Below are positions 1 through 8,900 of a stretch of 64,000 bases of DNA, piece by piece (positions within the stretch are counted from its first letter, which is position 1; every line of letters starts with the position of its first letter). This stretch comes from Minisyncoccota bacterium (GTDB lineage: Bacteria; Patescibacteriota; Minisyncoccia; UBA9983). The notes below the pieces were generated by a model, which was given only the letters and a program-made list of their open reading frames with translations, was not told where the DNA came from and made no database searches. The position numbers were made by a program, and so were the translations under genes. Where the stretch lies: NCBI GenBank assembly GCA_041648395.1, contig JBAZPC010000001.1, forward strand, positions 31,173-95,172. The letters are read 5' to 3'.

Positions 1-1
1 T

Positions 2-889
2 GGTAAACATGTAATTATTTCTAAAATAGAACATCTTTCTGTGTCTTCAAGTGCTGAATTTCTCACCAAGCATGGATTTGAATTAACAAAAATATCAGTA
101 GATAAAAAATGTAATTTAAATCTTAAAGAACTAGAATCATCAATAAAAGACGACACTATATTGATCTCAGTGATGTTGGTTAATAATGAAATAGGCACAA
201 TTCAACCAATTTCAGAAATTAGTAAAATAATAAAAAAGAAAAACAAAGAGAGATTATTAAAAGGCGGATCGCCTATATATTTTCATATTGATGCGGAGGC
301 GGGAACGTTTTACTTAGATTGTAATGTAAAAAAATTAGAAATTGATTCATTGAGCATAAACGGGTCAAAAATGTATAGTCTAAAGGGATGTTCCGCTCTT
401 TTTATTAAAAAAGGAACACCTCTTGCAACGCAAATTCATGGTGGAGGCCAAGAAAGATATTTAAGAGGTGGCACAGAAAATATACCTGCCATAGTGGCTT
501 TAGGGGAGGCGGTTTCTTTGGCTGCTAAGGAAAGGACAAAAAATGTAAAGTATATAAATTATTTAAAAGAGAGGTTAATAAGAAAAATTTTAAAAGAGAT
601 ACCCAGTAGCCGGTTAAACACTCCATTAAACAGTATATCTAATATTGCCCATTTTACTTTTTTAAAAAATAAAAAAGATCTAGTAATAGGATTAAGTAAG
701 AAGGGGATAGCAATATCCAGGGGTTCCGCGTGTTCCGCTAAATCATTTTCTGTATCAGCAACTCTCGCAGACATGGGATTTTCAAAAGATGAAGCATTTT
801 CTAGCCTCCGATTTTCTTTGGGAAAATATAATACTGTGAGTGATATAGATACTGCAATAAAAAATTTGAAATCAATTATTAAAAAATAA
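2..889 (+). CDS. iscS: Cysteine desulfurase (IscS/NifS family), 5'-truncated by the window edge
   Basis: The frame is open from position 2 (GKHVIISKIEHLSV). Motifs: MLVNNEIGTIQP, HIDA, GSK (PLP Lys), GGGQE..R.GTEN, SRGSAC (catalytic Cys), LRFSLG. Confidence 0.88.
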   Translation, partial: GKHVIISKIEHLSVSSSAEFLTKHGFELTKISVDKKCNLNLKELESSIKDDTILISVMLVNNEIGTIQPISEISKIIKKKNKERLLKGGSPIYFHIDAEAGTFYLDCNVKKLEIDSLSINGSKMYSLKGCSALFIKKGTPLATQIHGGGQERYLRGGTENIPAIVALGEAVSLAAKERTKNVKYINYLKERLIRKILKEIPSSRLNTPLNSISNIAHFTFLKNKKDLVIGLSKKGIAISRGSACSAKSFSVSATLADMGFSKDEAFSSLRFSLGKYNTVSDIDTAIKNLKSIIKK

Positions 890-891
890 AT

Positions 892-2583
892 ATGCCAGCA
901 ATTATTAAAATATTTGTATTAGGAACTATATTAGCTGGTTTTTCTAATCTTTTTTTTGGGTTGATAATATATTTTAAAAATAAAAAAGAAAAACAAAACA
1001 TTATTTTTCTTTTATTGGAGCTTTCTATAGTTTTATGGCTTTTTTCTTATGCAATATGGTTAGCCAAAGACAATGAAGTAAGCGCTCTTTTTTGGTCGCG
1101 TATGCTCAATTTAGGCGCCACCCTAATTCCCGTTCTGTTCTTACATTGGGTTGTTGCTTTTTTGGGGTTAGTGCGAAAAAAATTTTTAATATTCGCCTAT
1201 ATTTCAACAATAATTTTTTCTTTTTTTAGTTTCTCTTCTTTTTATATACAAAAAGTAAAGGAAGTGTCAATTTTTTCTTATTGGCCTCAAGCTGGGTGGT
1301 TGTATTCTATATTTTTAGCAACTTTTGTAATTTATTTTGGTTATGGTTTTATACTTTTATACGGATTTATTAAAGATAAATCTAATAATAAGGAAAGAAT
1401 TCTTCAGATAAAGTATATTTTTTTAGGGTCTATAATTAGTGCCATTGGCGGAATTTTTAATTTTCCCTTAATGTACGGGGTTCCGCTTATGCCTTTAACA
1501 TTGACAACTATTTTTCATCCTATCTTTTGGGCTTATGGAATTTTAAAACATAATTTATTCAACATAAAAGTAGTTGCTACGGAATTTTTAGTAATATTCT
1601 TGTTGGTTATCTTCCTTGTAAATATATTTTTCTACACAAGTATTTTTGAATTAAGTTTTAAAATATTTATTTTTATTGCATCTACTTTTCTTGGTATTTT
1701 TATTATCCGCTCCGTTCTCAAGGAGGTTAAAACCCGCGAGGAGATGGAGGGGCTGGCATGGAAGTTGGAACAGGCGAATATCAAATTGCAGGAGTTGGAT
1801 AAAGCCAAGTCGGATTTTGTGACTATCGCTTCACACCAATTAAGGACGCCCATCACCGCCATCAAGGGCTACGCCTCCATGGTTCTGGAGGGCTCGTTCG
1901 GCGCGGTGCCGGAAAAAGCGAAGGTTGCCGTAAGCAAGATATTTGAATCAAGCAACCGGCTGGTGGCGCTCATCAATGATTTTCTTAATTTAAGCAGGAT
2001 AGAGAGAGGAAAGATGGAATACGCGTTTGCGAAAGTGAATTTGAAAGAAATGATTGAGACAATTTTTGACGAATTCAAGACAATTAATGTAAAAAAGAAG
2101 ACACCATTAGATTTGAGTTTAAAAATTAACGATGGCGACTTCAGCACGAGCGCCGATTCGGACAAGATACGACAGACAATTTATAATTTGATAGACAACG
2201 CCGTAAAATACACTCAAAAAGGATTCGTGAAAATTTCCCTTTATAAAGACGATGGCGAGGGCGAAATAATCATGAAAGTTGAGGACTCGGGCAAGGGAAT
2301 GTCAAAAGAAACACTAGATAACATTTTTGAGAAATTCGCCCGCGCCAAGGGCGACGGCGAAAAATACCAAGTGGAAGGCACCGGTCTCGGGCTTTACGTG
2401 GCGCGGGAGATCGCCAAGGCGCACGGCGGAGACGTTTGGGCGGAAAGCGGGGGGCTGGATAAGGGAAGCGCTTTTATTTTGAAACTGCCTATGGATTTTA
2501 TTACTCCGGAAGAGCGCAGGAAAAAAGAGGAAGAAGAAAAAGCAAAAAAAGAGAAGGTGGAACAATTTATAAAAAAGATATAG
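892..2583 (+). CDS. Sensor histidine kinase with N-terminal multi-TM (HisKA_7TM-like) input domain
   Basis: H-box ASHQLRTP, N-box NLIDNAVKYT, G1 DSGKG, F-box IFEKF, G2 GTGLGL. The N-terminal ~270 aa are hydrophobic helices. Confidence 0.93.
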   Translation: MPAIIKIFVLGTILAGFSNLFFGLIIYFKNKKEKQNIIFLLLELSIVLWLFSYAIWLAKDNEVSALFWSRMLNLGATLIPVLFLHWVVAFLGLVRKKFLIFAYISTIIFSFFSFSSFYIQKVKEVSIFSYWPQAGWLYSIFLATFVIYFGYGFILLYGFIKDKSNNKERILQIKYIFLGSIISAIGGIFNFPLMYGVPLMPLTLTTIFHPIFWAYGILKHNLFNIKVVATEFLVIFLLVIFLVNIFFYTSIFELSFKIFIFIASTFLGIFIIRSVLKEVKTREEMEGLAWKLEQANIKLQELDKAKSDFVTIASHQLRTPITAIKGYASMVLEGSFGAVPEKAKVAVSKIFESSNRLVALINDFLNLSRIERGKMEYAFAKVNLKEMIETIFDEFKTINVKKKTPLDLSLKINDGDFSTSADSDKIRQTIYNLIDNAVKYTQKGFVKISLYKDDGEGEIIMKVEDSGKGMSKETLDNIFEKFARAKGDGEKYQVEGTGLGLYVAREIAKAHGGDVWAESGGLDKGSAFILKLPMDFITPEERRKKEEEEKAKKEKVEQFIKKI

Positions 2584-2595
2584 AATATAAATATT

Positions 2596-3288
2596 ATGAT
2601 ATCTATAGCGCTTCATTTTATTATAGCCATAATATTTTTAGTTTCCTCGGTTGTTCTTTATATTTTATGGAAGAAACAAGGTTCTCCAAAGAATTATATT
2701 ATGGATTACTTTTTCTTTTTAAGTTTTTTTTCACTGTATCATCTTGCGCTTTCGTTGCCATATATAATTTTTGGAGAGAACTTAACATTAATGGCATGGG
2801 GATATATTTTGGCCATGATATCATTGTTATTTTTATTTCCGCGCGTCTATAAAATTACATTAAAAATTTGGGGTGTTTCAGAACAAAAAATCAAATTAGT
2901 GATATATCTGACAACACTTCTTATTCTTACGACTATAATTATATACATATATGATTTTCGCACACCTTATATCGTTAATCCGGGATTCATTATTTGGAAT
3001 GGAAATATTATAGGCAGTATAATAATTTTTTTACTAGGATTAGAAGCAGGTGTTTTCTGGGCTATAACATTTTTAAAGAATATACCAAAGGATTTAATTT
3101 TTATTTATAAATTAAAAACGTACCTTTATATTGCGGCTGCGGTATTGGTAGCTATTTCGTCTATTTATTTTGTTTCCAGAACTGTATTATTGGTAATTAT
3201 CGCTTTTGTTTCCCATGGCCTTGCCAGTGTATTTTTTGTTATACCGGTATTATTACCTAAACCATCCCAAGAAAATATAAATGAATGA
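2596..3288 (+). CDS. Integral membrane protein (~7 TM), possibly a stand-alone 7TM sensor-type domain
   Basis: 230-aa ORF made almost entirely of hydrophobic segments; very AT-rich. Confidence 0.7.
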   Translation: MISIALHFIIAIIFLVSSVVLYILWKKQGSPKNYIMDYFFFLSFFSLYHLALSLPYIIFGENLTLMAWGYILAMISLLFLFPRVYKITLKIWGVSEQKIKLVIYLTTLLILTTIIIYIYDFRTPYIVNPGFIIWNGNIIGSIIIFLLGLEAGVFWAITFLKNIPKDLIFIYKLKTYLYIAAAVLVAISSIYFVSRTVLLVIIAFVSHGLASVFFVIPVLLPKPSQENINE

Positions 3289-3425
3289 AATTATTTTAAT
3301 TGTAATACTCGCGGCGGTTGTGGTTTGGCTTTTGGCGACGCGCAAAAAAGGGGAGAAGAGCCGAAAGCGCGGGGTTAGAAAAGGGTTCGGCTTTTTACAT
3401 GAAATTGCCGGTTAAAGAGGTATAA
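3281..3425 (+). pseudogene. Chimeric scar 1: divergent rmuC 5' fragment joined to a histidine kinase 3' fragment
   Basis: From 3281 it reads MNEIILIVILAAVVVWLLATRKKG (RmuC has IIIAVLATVVVWLLATRKKE). 3360-3425 reads AESAGLEKGSAFYMKLPVKEV* in another frame (the kinase has AESGGLDKGSAFILKLP). Confidence 0.85.
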
Positions 3426-3435
3426 ATTTACGTTA

Positions 3436-4377
3436 ATGAAATACGAATATAAAAAATTTAATATAAGATATACAGCCAGTTTTACTTCAAAATATAAAAA
3501 TAATGATATTAAGGTTTGGTTTGCAAGACCGACTGATTCCGAATGTCAAAAAATAGAAAAAATAAAGATTTCACCAAAACCACACTCTGATTATAATGAC
3601 AAACAAGGAAATAAAATTTTATACTTTAATTTCGAGAACCAAAAAAGTATAAAAGTACAAATGGATATTAAGGTAATCCTGTGGAAAAATAAAATAAATT
3701 TGTTAAAAGAAAAAATATCATTACCGTCGTTTTCTTCAAAAATATTTCAAAAATATACAAAAAATGAAAAGTTTCTAGAACAAACTTTGACAATAAAAAA
3801 TTTAACTAATCAAATTACTAGAAATGACCAATTTATTTTAGATAAAATCTTTTCAATAACAAAATTTTTAGAAAAAAATTTTAAATATACTTACCCTATC
3901 AAAAATAGGGGGGTTAAAAATTTAGATATTAATAATCTAAAAGGCGATTGTGGTGAAGTGGGTGCTTTATTTGTAACAATGTGCAGAATTTTAGGTATTC
4001 CAGCCCGAAACAACACTGGCTTTGTAATATATCGCGATGAATTAAACAACATATACGAACATGGATGGGGAAGTATTTATTTAAAACCTTATGGGTGGAT
4101 AGATATTGATCCGTTGGCTAATAATATATCTGAAAAAATAAATAAAGAGTATTTATATCACCAAAAAAATTATTTTCTATCTTTTACAAAAGGATTTAAT
4201 ATAAAAATTAATCCAAAAATTCCGAATAAATTTAAAATAGATTATTGGAATAATTTAGGACTACCTTTAACAAATGCATCTGTTCAGGTTTTGCAGCCGT
4301 TAGTTTTTGCATCTAAAGAAAAAGTAGTGTTTTTAGACAGCATAAAATTACTTCCCAATATAAAGAGCCCCAACTAA
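3436..4377 (+). CDS. Transglutaminase-like cysteine protease domain protein
   Basis: GDCGE..ALFVTMCRILGIPAR (Cys), HGW (His) and WIDIDP (Asp) form the triad. Confidence 0.85.
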   Translation: MKYEYKKFNIRYTASFTSKYKNNDIKVWFARPTDSECQKIEKIKISPKPHSDYNDKQGNKILYFNFENQKSIKVQMDIKVILWKNKINLLKEKISLPSFSSKIFQKYTKNEKFLEQTLTIKNLTNQITRNDQFILDKIFSITKFLEKNFKYTYPIKNRGVKNLDINNLKGDCGEVGALFVTMCRILGIPARNNTGFVIYRDELNNIYEHGWGSIYLKPYGWIDIDPLANNISEKINKEYLYHQKNYFLSFTKGFNIKINPKIPNKFKIDYWNNLGLPLTNASVQVLQPLVFASKEKVVFLDSIKLLPNIKSPN

Positions 4378-4394
4378 AGTTAATTAGTTGGGGC
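4367..4394 (-). terminator. Hairpin between convergent genes, likely an intrinsic terminator
   Basis: GCCCCAACTAA-agttaa-TTAGTTGGGGC, an 11-bp perfect stem. Confidence 0.65.
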
Positions 4395-4409
4395 AAAAAA
4401 GGGGATTTC

Positions 4410-4532
4410 TTACCCTTTCTTTACTCGTGCCGAAGACGAAGAACAACTTTTATGAATCGCGCCAACGACAAGATTTTTTGTGTTACCTTTTGCTTCAGCT
4501 TTTGGAGGAACATATTGTTTCTCTTTCTTCAT
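4410..4532 (-). CDS. Putative RiPP precursor peptide, 40 aa (not in the ORF track)
   Basis: SD AGGAGGTG 9 nt before the ATG. Translates to MKKEKQYVPPKAEAKGNTKNLVVGAIHKSCSSSSARVKKG, with a YxxP leader motif. Lies directly downstream of the RRE-radical SAM gene. Confidence 0.8.
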   Translation of the reverse strand: MKKEKQYVPPKAEAKGNTKNLVVGAIHKSCSSSSARVKKG

Positions 4533-4540
4533 TGTTTTTT

Positions 4541-5914
4541 TCACCTCCTTTCCTTATTATTTTGAATTAAATGGTTTAAGGTTGTTATCCGACAATTTTC
4601 TGGTGACGGGCCCAAAAGATCGCTTCCTTCTAGAAAGGCCAGCCCCGGACAACGAGCACAAGAAGTAAGCAGTTGACATTTTGAACACTTTGTTAATTTA
4701 CTGATAATTAAACTGCGTAGGTATTGGAGACCAAGAGAGTTGTGCCAAATTTCTGAAAAATTATCTCCTTTTAAATCACCGACTTCATAAAGAAGTTGGT
4801 TGCAGGGCAATACTTTGCCAGAGGGAGTGATGGCGCACGAATTAAATCCGCTATAACACGGAGGAGCATTTGAGATATCAGAAAGTCCGAGATAAAATTG
4901 ATGATCCTGAAACGGTTTTCGCCCAGCGTAGAGGGCTGAAAAATCTTCATCCGCAAGAAATTCTTCTATCTGCCTATCACTCAACCGCAAGTTAAACGTA
5001 TCTTGCGATCCATCGTTGCGCGCAGTAATAATCGGGCTAGGGGAGAGTACGCAATCTAATTCTTCCGTAAGTTTTTTTACTTTATAGCGCTCATTAAAAT
5101 TTATCTGCATCATCGGAAACGCTATTTCAACCTTAACCCCTGCTTTTCTAAGATTCTTAATGCCATCTAAGCTTTTTTGAAATGACCCCGAAAGGCGTGT
5201 AATAGAATCGTGGATTTCGGTGGTTGCCCCATAAAGGCTTACTTGCACCCTTCTTACAGAATACTTTGCTAGCGTGGTTGCTGTTTCTTCACTTATTAGT
5301 GTGCCATTACTTAGTATGTCGATAACAAAATGGAGACTGCTGGCATATTTTACGATATCAATCGCATCTTTGCGTATAAAGAATTCTCCACCAGTAAGCG
5401 ACAAAAAGAGACACCTTTCTTTAGCTAATTCGCCTAAAATCCTTTTGATCTCAGATAGTCTTAAGGAAGGCAAGTTTCTTTCCATATAGCAATGTATACA
5501 TTTTTCATTGCAGGTGTAAGTAGTTTCGAATGTAGCTGCAAAAGGAATAAGATGTTTAATCGCTTCCATTTCTATAGCCAATAACACGTTTTCTCCTTCT
5601 GTTTCTGTGCCTAGGGCATTATTATGCTTGTCAACTTGAAGATGCCGATTATCAAGTTTTAAAAATCCCATTTGCACTGCTTCCTGAAGAAAGGTGTCAA
5701 CATCTTTTTTTGCAATTTTTACACTGAGATCATATTCGGTTGATAGCCATTTAATAACCTGATCATACTTTTGTCCGGATACTAGCTTTTGCCAGATAAT
5801 TGATGCAGCTTCGTTCCAAATAACGATTTTTTGATTTTTGCAGTTAAAAGCAACAACGTTGTCGTTAATGAGTCGCCAGCCAATTCTTGAATTTATCTCA
5901 ATTATTTCCATCAT
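4541..5914 (-). CDS. PqqD/RRE-fused radical SAM/SPASM peptide maturase
   Basis: N-terminal RRE-like (NEAASIIWQKL..LSTEYD..AKKDVDTFLQE). CNEKCIHC is the CxxxCxxC motif, followed by TGGE. SPASM cysteines: CYSG, PC, CSKC..CARCPG, C. Confidence 0.92.
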   Translation of the reverse strand: MMEIIEINSRIGWRLINDNVVAFNCKNQKIVIWNEAASIIWQKLVSGQKYDQVIKWLSTEYDLSVKIAKKDVDTFLQEAVQMGFLKLDNRHLQVDKHNNALGTETEGENVLLAIEMEAIKHLIPFAATFETTYTCNEKCIHCYMERNLPSLRLSEIKRILGELAKERCLFLSLTGGEFFIRKDAIDIVKYASSLHFVIDILSNGTLISEETATTLAKYSVRRVQVSLYGATTEIHDSITRLSGSFQKSLDGIKNLRKAGVKVEIAFPMMQINFNERYKVKKLTEELDCVLSPSPIITARNDGSQDTFNLRLSDRQIEEFLADEDFSALYAGRKPFQDHQFYLGLSDISNAPPCYSGFNSCAITPSGKVLPCNQLLYEVGDLKGDNFSEIWHNSLGLQYLRSLIISKLTKCSKCQLLTSCARCPGLAFLEGSDLLGPSPENCRITTLNHLIQNNKERR

Positions 5915-5999
5915 TTTTTCCTCCTTTCTGTTTATTTTTTAAAGACCTGTGGTCTTGTTTTCTGCTTTTAACCCTATACTTTTAATAGCTTTTGTCAAT

Positions 6000-6180
6000 T
6001 TAAAAATGTATAATAATTAAAATGGACACGGCGCAGATAGTGGAAGGCACCGGCCTCGGGCTTTACGTGGCGCGCGAGATTGCCAAGGCGCACGGCGGTA
6101 ATGTTTGGGCGGAAAGCGGGGGGCTGGACAAGGGCTCGGCTTTCTACATGAAATTGCCGGTTAAAAATGTTATATCATAA
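6000..6180 (+). pseudogene. Chimeric scar 2: rmuC upstream region and first 6 codons fused in frame to a kinase C-terminus (52-aa ORF 6022-6180)
   Basis: 6000-6039 is identical to 8913-8952. From 6040 it is near-identical to the kinase from 2371. The ORF reads MDTAQI-VEGTGLGLYVAREIAKAHGGNVWAESGGLDKGSAFYMKLPVKNVIS. Confidence 0.9.
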
Positions 6181-6896
6181 TGAAATCTAAAAAAGATAAT
6201 AAATCAAATATAGAACGTAAAATTATTCCTATTGGCGGTGGATTACTGCGTTTGGACGAAACAATTACCATAGATAAATTTATTGTCAAAGAAAGCGGCA
6301 AAAAAAATCCGAAAGTTTTATTTATACCCACCGCAAGCAAAGATTTACTGGCATACTCCAACGTCTTTCGCCGTGTGTACGAAAAATTAGGGTGCCAAGT
6401 AAAAATCTTGCGTTTATTTAATAAAAGAAAATTTTCTCAAACAACATTAGAAAAACTCATCACAAGTGCCGACATTATTTATGTCGGTGGCGGTGATTAT
6501 GATATTCTGCTTTCGATGTGGAGGAAACACAAAATTATTTCTCTCATACGGTTAGCATACCAACAAGGAACCATTCTCACCGGGTTAAGCGCGGGATGTG
6601 CCGTCTGGTATGAATATCTCATAGATAGCGATAAGGATAAAAAAACTCGCCTCAAAAAAGGGCTCGGCATACTTGAAGGTGTCGTAATTCCTCACTATAG
6701 AACCGAGGATCCACTTTCTCTCGAGATTCGCAAGACAAAAATCATCGTTACTGGCATTGAAGACAAATGTGCCGTGATATACACTAACGAGCACCTAAGA
6801 GGTTCTATACCAGCAAGTAAAGAAAAGGCCTTTACAATTCGCCCTCCTTATGTTAAAAAGAAGCAGGTAACTTTGTACTTTCACAAATCTCATTAA
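6180..6896 (+). CDS. Peptidase E / S51 family (class I glutamine amidotransferase-like fold)
   Basis: FIPTAS, IYVGGG, GLSAG (Ser nucleophile), PHY, GIED. Confidence 0.85.
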   Translation: MKSKKDNKSNIERKIIPIGGGLLRLDETITIDKFIVKESGKKNPKVLFIPTASKDLLAYSNVFRRVYEKLGCQVKILRLFNKRKFSQTTLEKLITSADIIYVGGGDYDILLSMWRKHKIISLIRLAYQQGTILTGLSAGCAVWYEYLIDSDKDKKTRLKKGLGILEGVVIPHYRTEDPLSLEIRKTKIIVTGIEDKCAVIYTNEHLRGSIPASKEKAFTIRPPYVKKKQVTLYFHKSH

Positions 6897-6915
6897 ACTA
6901 AAAAGGAGGTGGCAG

Positions 6916-7986
6916 ATGATCTCGAAAATTCCACGCCCCCTCCAGTATGGAGATGGGGTAGCTTTGGTCAATCCGGCTGGCGTACTTCCGGAGCGGTTCA
7001 AAAACCAATACAGATATGTCAAGGCTCATCTTGAGGAACTTGGATTTACTGTCAGAGACTTCGTAATTGAAAGTGGTTGGGAGGACGCGCGAAGGCGTAG
7101 TGAAACATTGCAGGCGGCGTTTACCGACCCGCAAGTGAAAGCGATACTGCCTCTCTGTGGTGGCGCGAGAATCTACGACATTCTTCCGCTGATTGATTAC
7201 GATGTGTTAGCCAGTCATCCGAAGATTATTTGCGGTTCGAGCGAGCTTTCGGCTCTTGTGGTAACAATCGCTGAGCGGGCGGGTATGGTAACGTTCTTTG
7301 GTCCGCATCTCAACTTTCTTAACCCCAAGGCGTCAAAACTTGAGAACAGATTCACGGTGAGGAGCTTTTGGAATATGCTCCAGTGGGACTGGCACGGAAG
7401 AAACGGCCTAAGTAAAAACGAGGCGCATCACTTCTTTGTTGCTCCTCGAAAGCCAACTCTTCCGGTGGTAATTCATAACATTTACCGTGATCCGACACGT
7501 ATTACAAATAATCGCTACAGAGACAACTTCTACTACACTCCTATCTCGGATCAGAATGTAACCGGACAGCTCTTGATTGGGTCACTTGCGGTGCTAATAC
7601 GTCTTTGTGAGGAGGGATTGAACCCTGACATAACGGATAAGATTGTCATGCTTGATTCGTTGGATATGTCTCTTGGGACGGTTGCCGAATTACTCCAGCG
7701 TTTCAATGCTCACTGCGATCTTTCCCATGCCACGGCAGTCGTCTTTTCCTCGCTCGCCGAGAGAACGGATCGAGAGAATCTTTTGTATCCGGAATTACGA
7801 GACATGGATCGGGTGAAGGGATTCCTTCAGGAAGTTTCTGAATTGCTCGGAGGAAAACTGCCTCTCTTTTATGGTTTTCCTGTCGGACACTGTGCGTACA
7901 AGCTCACTTTGCCGATTGGGATTACCGCCTCCATCGTTGTTGAAACCGGCGACTTGCTACTCGTGGAGTCTCCGTACCAACAATAA
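6916..7986 (+). CDS. S66 peptidase (LD-carboxypeptidase / MccF-like)
   Basis: PRPLQYGDGVALVNPAG, AFTDPQVKAI, IICGSSE (cf. GYSD), FFGP, FPVGH..TLPIG. SD AAGGAGG. Confidence 0.85.
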   Translation: MISKIPRPLQYGDGVALVNPAGVLPERFKNQYRYVKAHLEELGFTVRDFVIESGWEDARRRSETLQAAFTDPQVKAILPLCGGARIYDILPLIDYDVLASHPKIICGSSELSALVVTIAERAGMVTFFGPHLNFLNPKASKLENRFTVRSFWNMLQWDWHGRNGLSKNEAHHFFVAPRKPTLPVVIHNIYRDPTRITNNRYRDNFYYTPISDQNVTGQLLIGSLAVLIRLCEEGLNPDITDKIVMLDSLDMSLGTVAELLQRFNAHCDLSHATAVVFSSLAERTDRENLLYPELRDMDRVKGFLQEVSELLGGKLPLFYGFPVGHCAYKLTLPIGITASIVVETGDLLLVESPYQQ

Positions 7987-8020
7987 AGGCTGAATAGAAC
8001 AAGTTCTATTCAGCCTTTTT
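7985..8020. terminator. Bidirectional intrinsic terminator
   Basis: AAAGGCTGAATAGAAC-aa-GTTCTATTCAGCCTTT, a perfect 16-bp stem between convergent genes. Confidence 0.8.
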
Positions 8021-8795
8021 ACTTCTCTGCAAGGAGTTTGTTGATGAGCTGAGCGTCTTTGTCCGCTATACCGTATTCGGAATTTAACACCGTGGCTTGA
8101 AGACGTTCCCGAAGTTCGACATCGTGACTCAACTGATCAGCAAACGTTACAAGTGCCTCCCTCGTTTCCTTCTTGTAGTTCTGGAGTTTGGTGTACACCA
8201 CGTTCCGAAAGAATATAACAAGATCAAGGTCAGAGGCGTTGAGGGAGTCAAACTTTGCTCGGTCAAGCTCGTAAGCGAGTTCGCGACGCATAGTAAACAT
8301 AAGTTCAAGATATGCCGATGAAGCTTCTTGAACCCGCCGTCCTCTTACCAACTCAACGAAACTTGATATTGCGGTACCTATCATGTCGCCCGAGAAGATT
8401 TTACAGCCGAACGATACGGTAACATTCTCGTCCGCGAGGTGAGTATTCTCCTTGATGAAGTTATTTACTTCATCTCCCAACATTAAGAAAAACTTGTTCA
8501 CGACCGATTGGTCAGTTGCTACTCCGATAGCAAAGATTTCTTCTCCCGAAGGAATCATGCAAAAGGATGGAATCGCTTTCGAGTGCCTCTTGATAAATCC
8601 GTACATGAACGCACCAATTAGGCGATTGTAGATGTCTACAAGATTCTCCGCCAATGGACGTCCATACCGCGAGACAAAGACCCCAAGGTTATCGAGGTCT
8701 CCAGTGACCCCGAACAGAAACATATCTTGGTCGCGGTCGTAGGTTTCAACAACTTTCAAAATTTTTCTGCTCCAAATACGCTGGTGCTTTTTCAT
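8019..8795 (-). CDS. Degenerate GGDEF / Cas10-palm (mCpol-like) nucleotidyl cyclase-fold protein
   Basis: GDLDNLG, PSGEEIF, VTVSFGC and LDRAK occur in palm-domain order. Confidence 0.55.
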   Translation of the reverse strand: MKKHQRIWSRKILKVVETYDRDQDMFLFGVTGDLDNLGVFVSRYGRPLAENLVDIYNRLIGAFMYGFIKRHSKAIPSFCMIPSGEEIFAIGVATDQSVVNKFFLMLGDEVNNFIKENTHLADENVTVSFGCKIFSGDMIGTAISSFVELVRGRRVQEASSAYLELMFTMRRELAYELDRAKFDSLNASDLDLVIFFRNVVYTKLQNYKKETREALVTFADQLSHDVELRERLQATVLNSEYGIADKDAQLINKLLAEK

Positions 8796-8900
8796 GACTT
8801 ATCTCCTTTTTATGTATTATTTAATGTGCTATTTAAAAACCATCTCTAGAGTATATTATATTTTTTATTTCGTCAAATTATTCTAAAATAGATAAAATTT

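Noticed and set aside
4388-4668. Plus-strand ORFs 4388-4570 and 4480-4668
   Set aside because: They are shadow ORFs. The minus-strand 40-aa peptide has the SD, operon context and leader motif.
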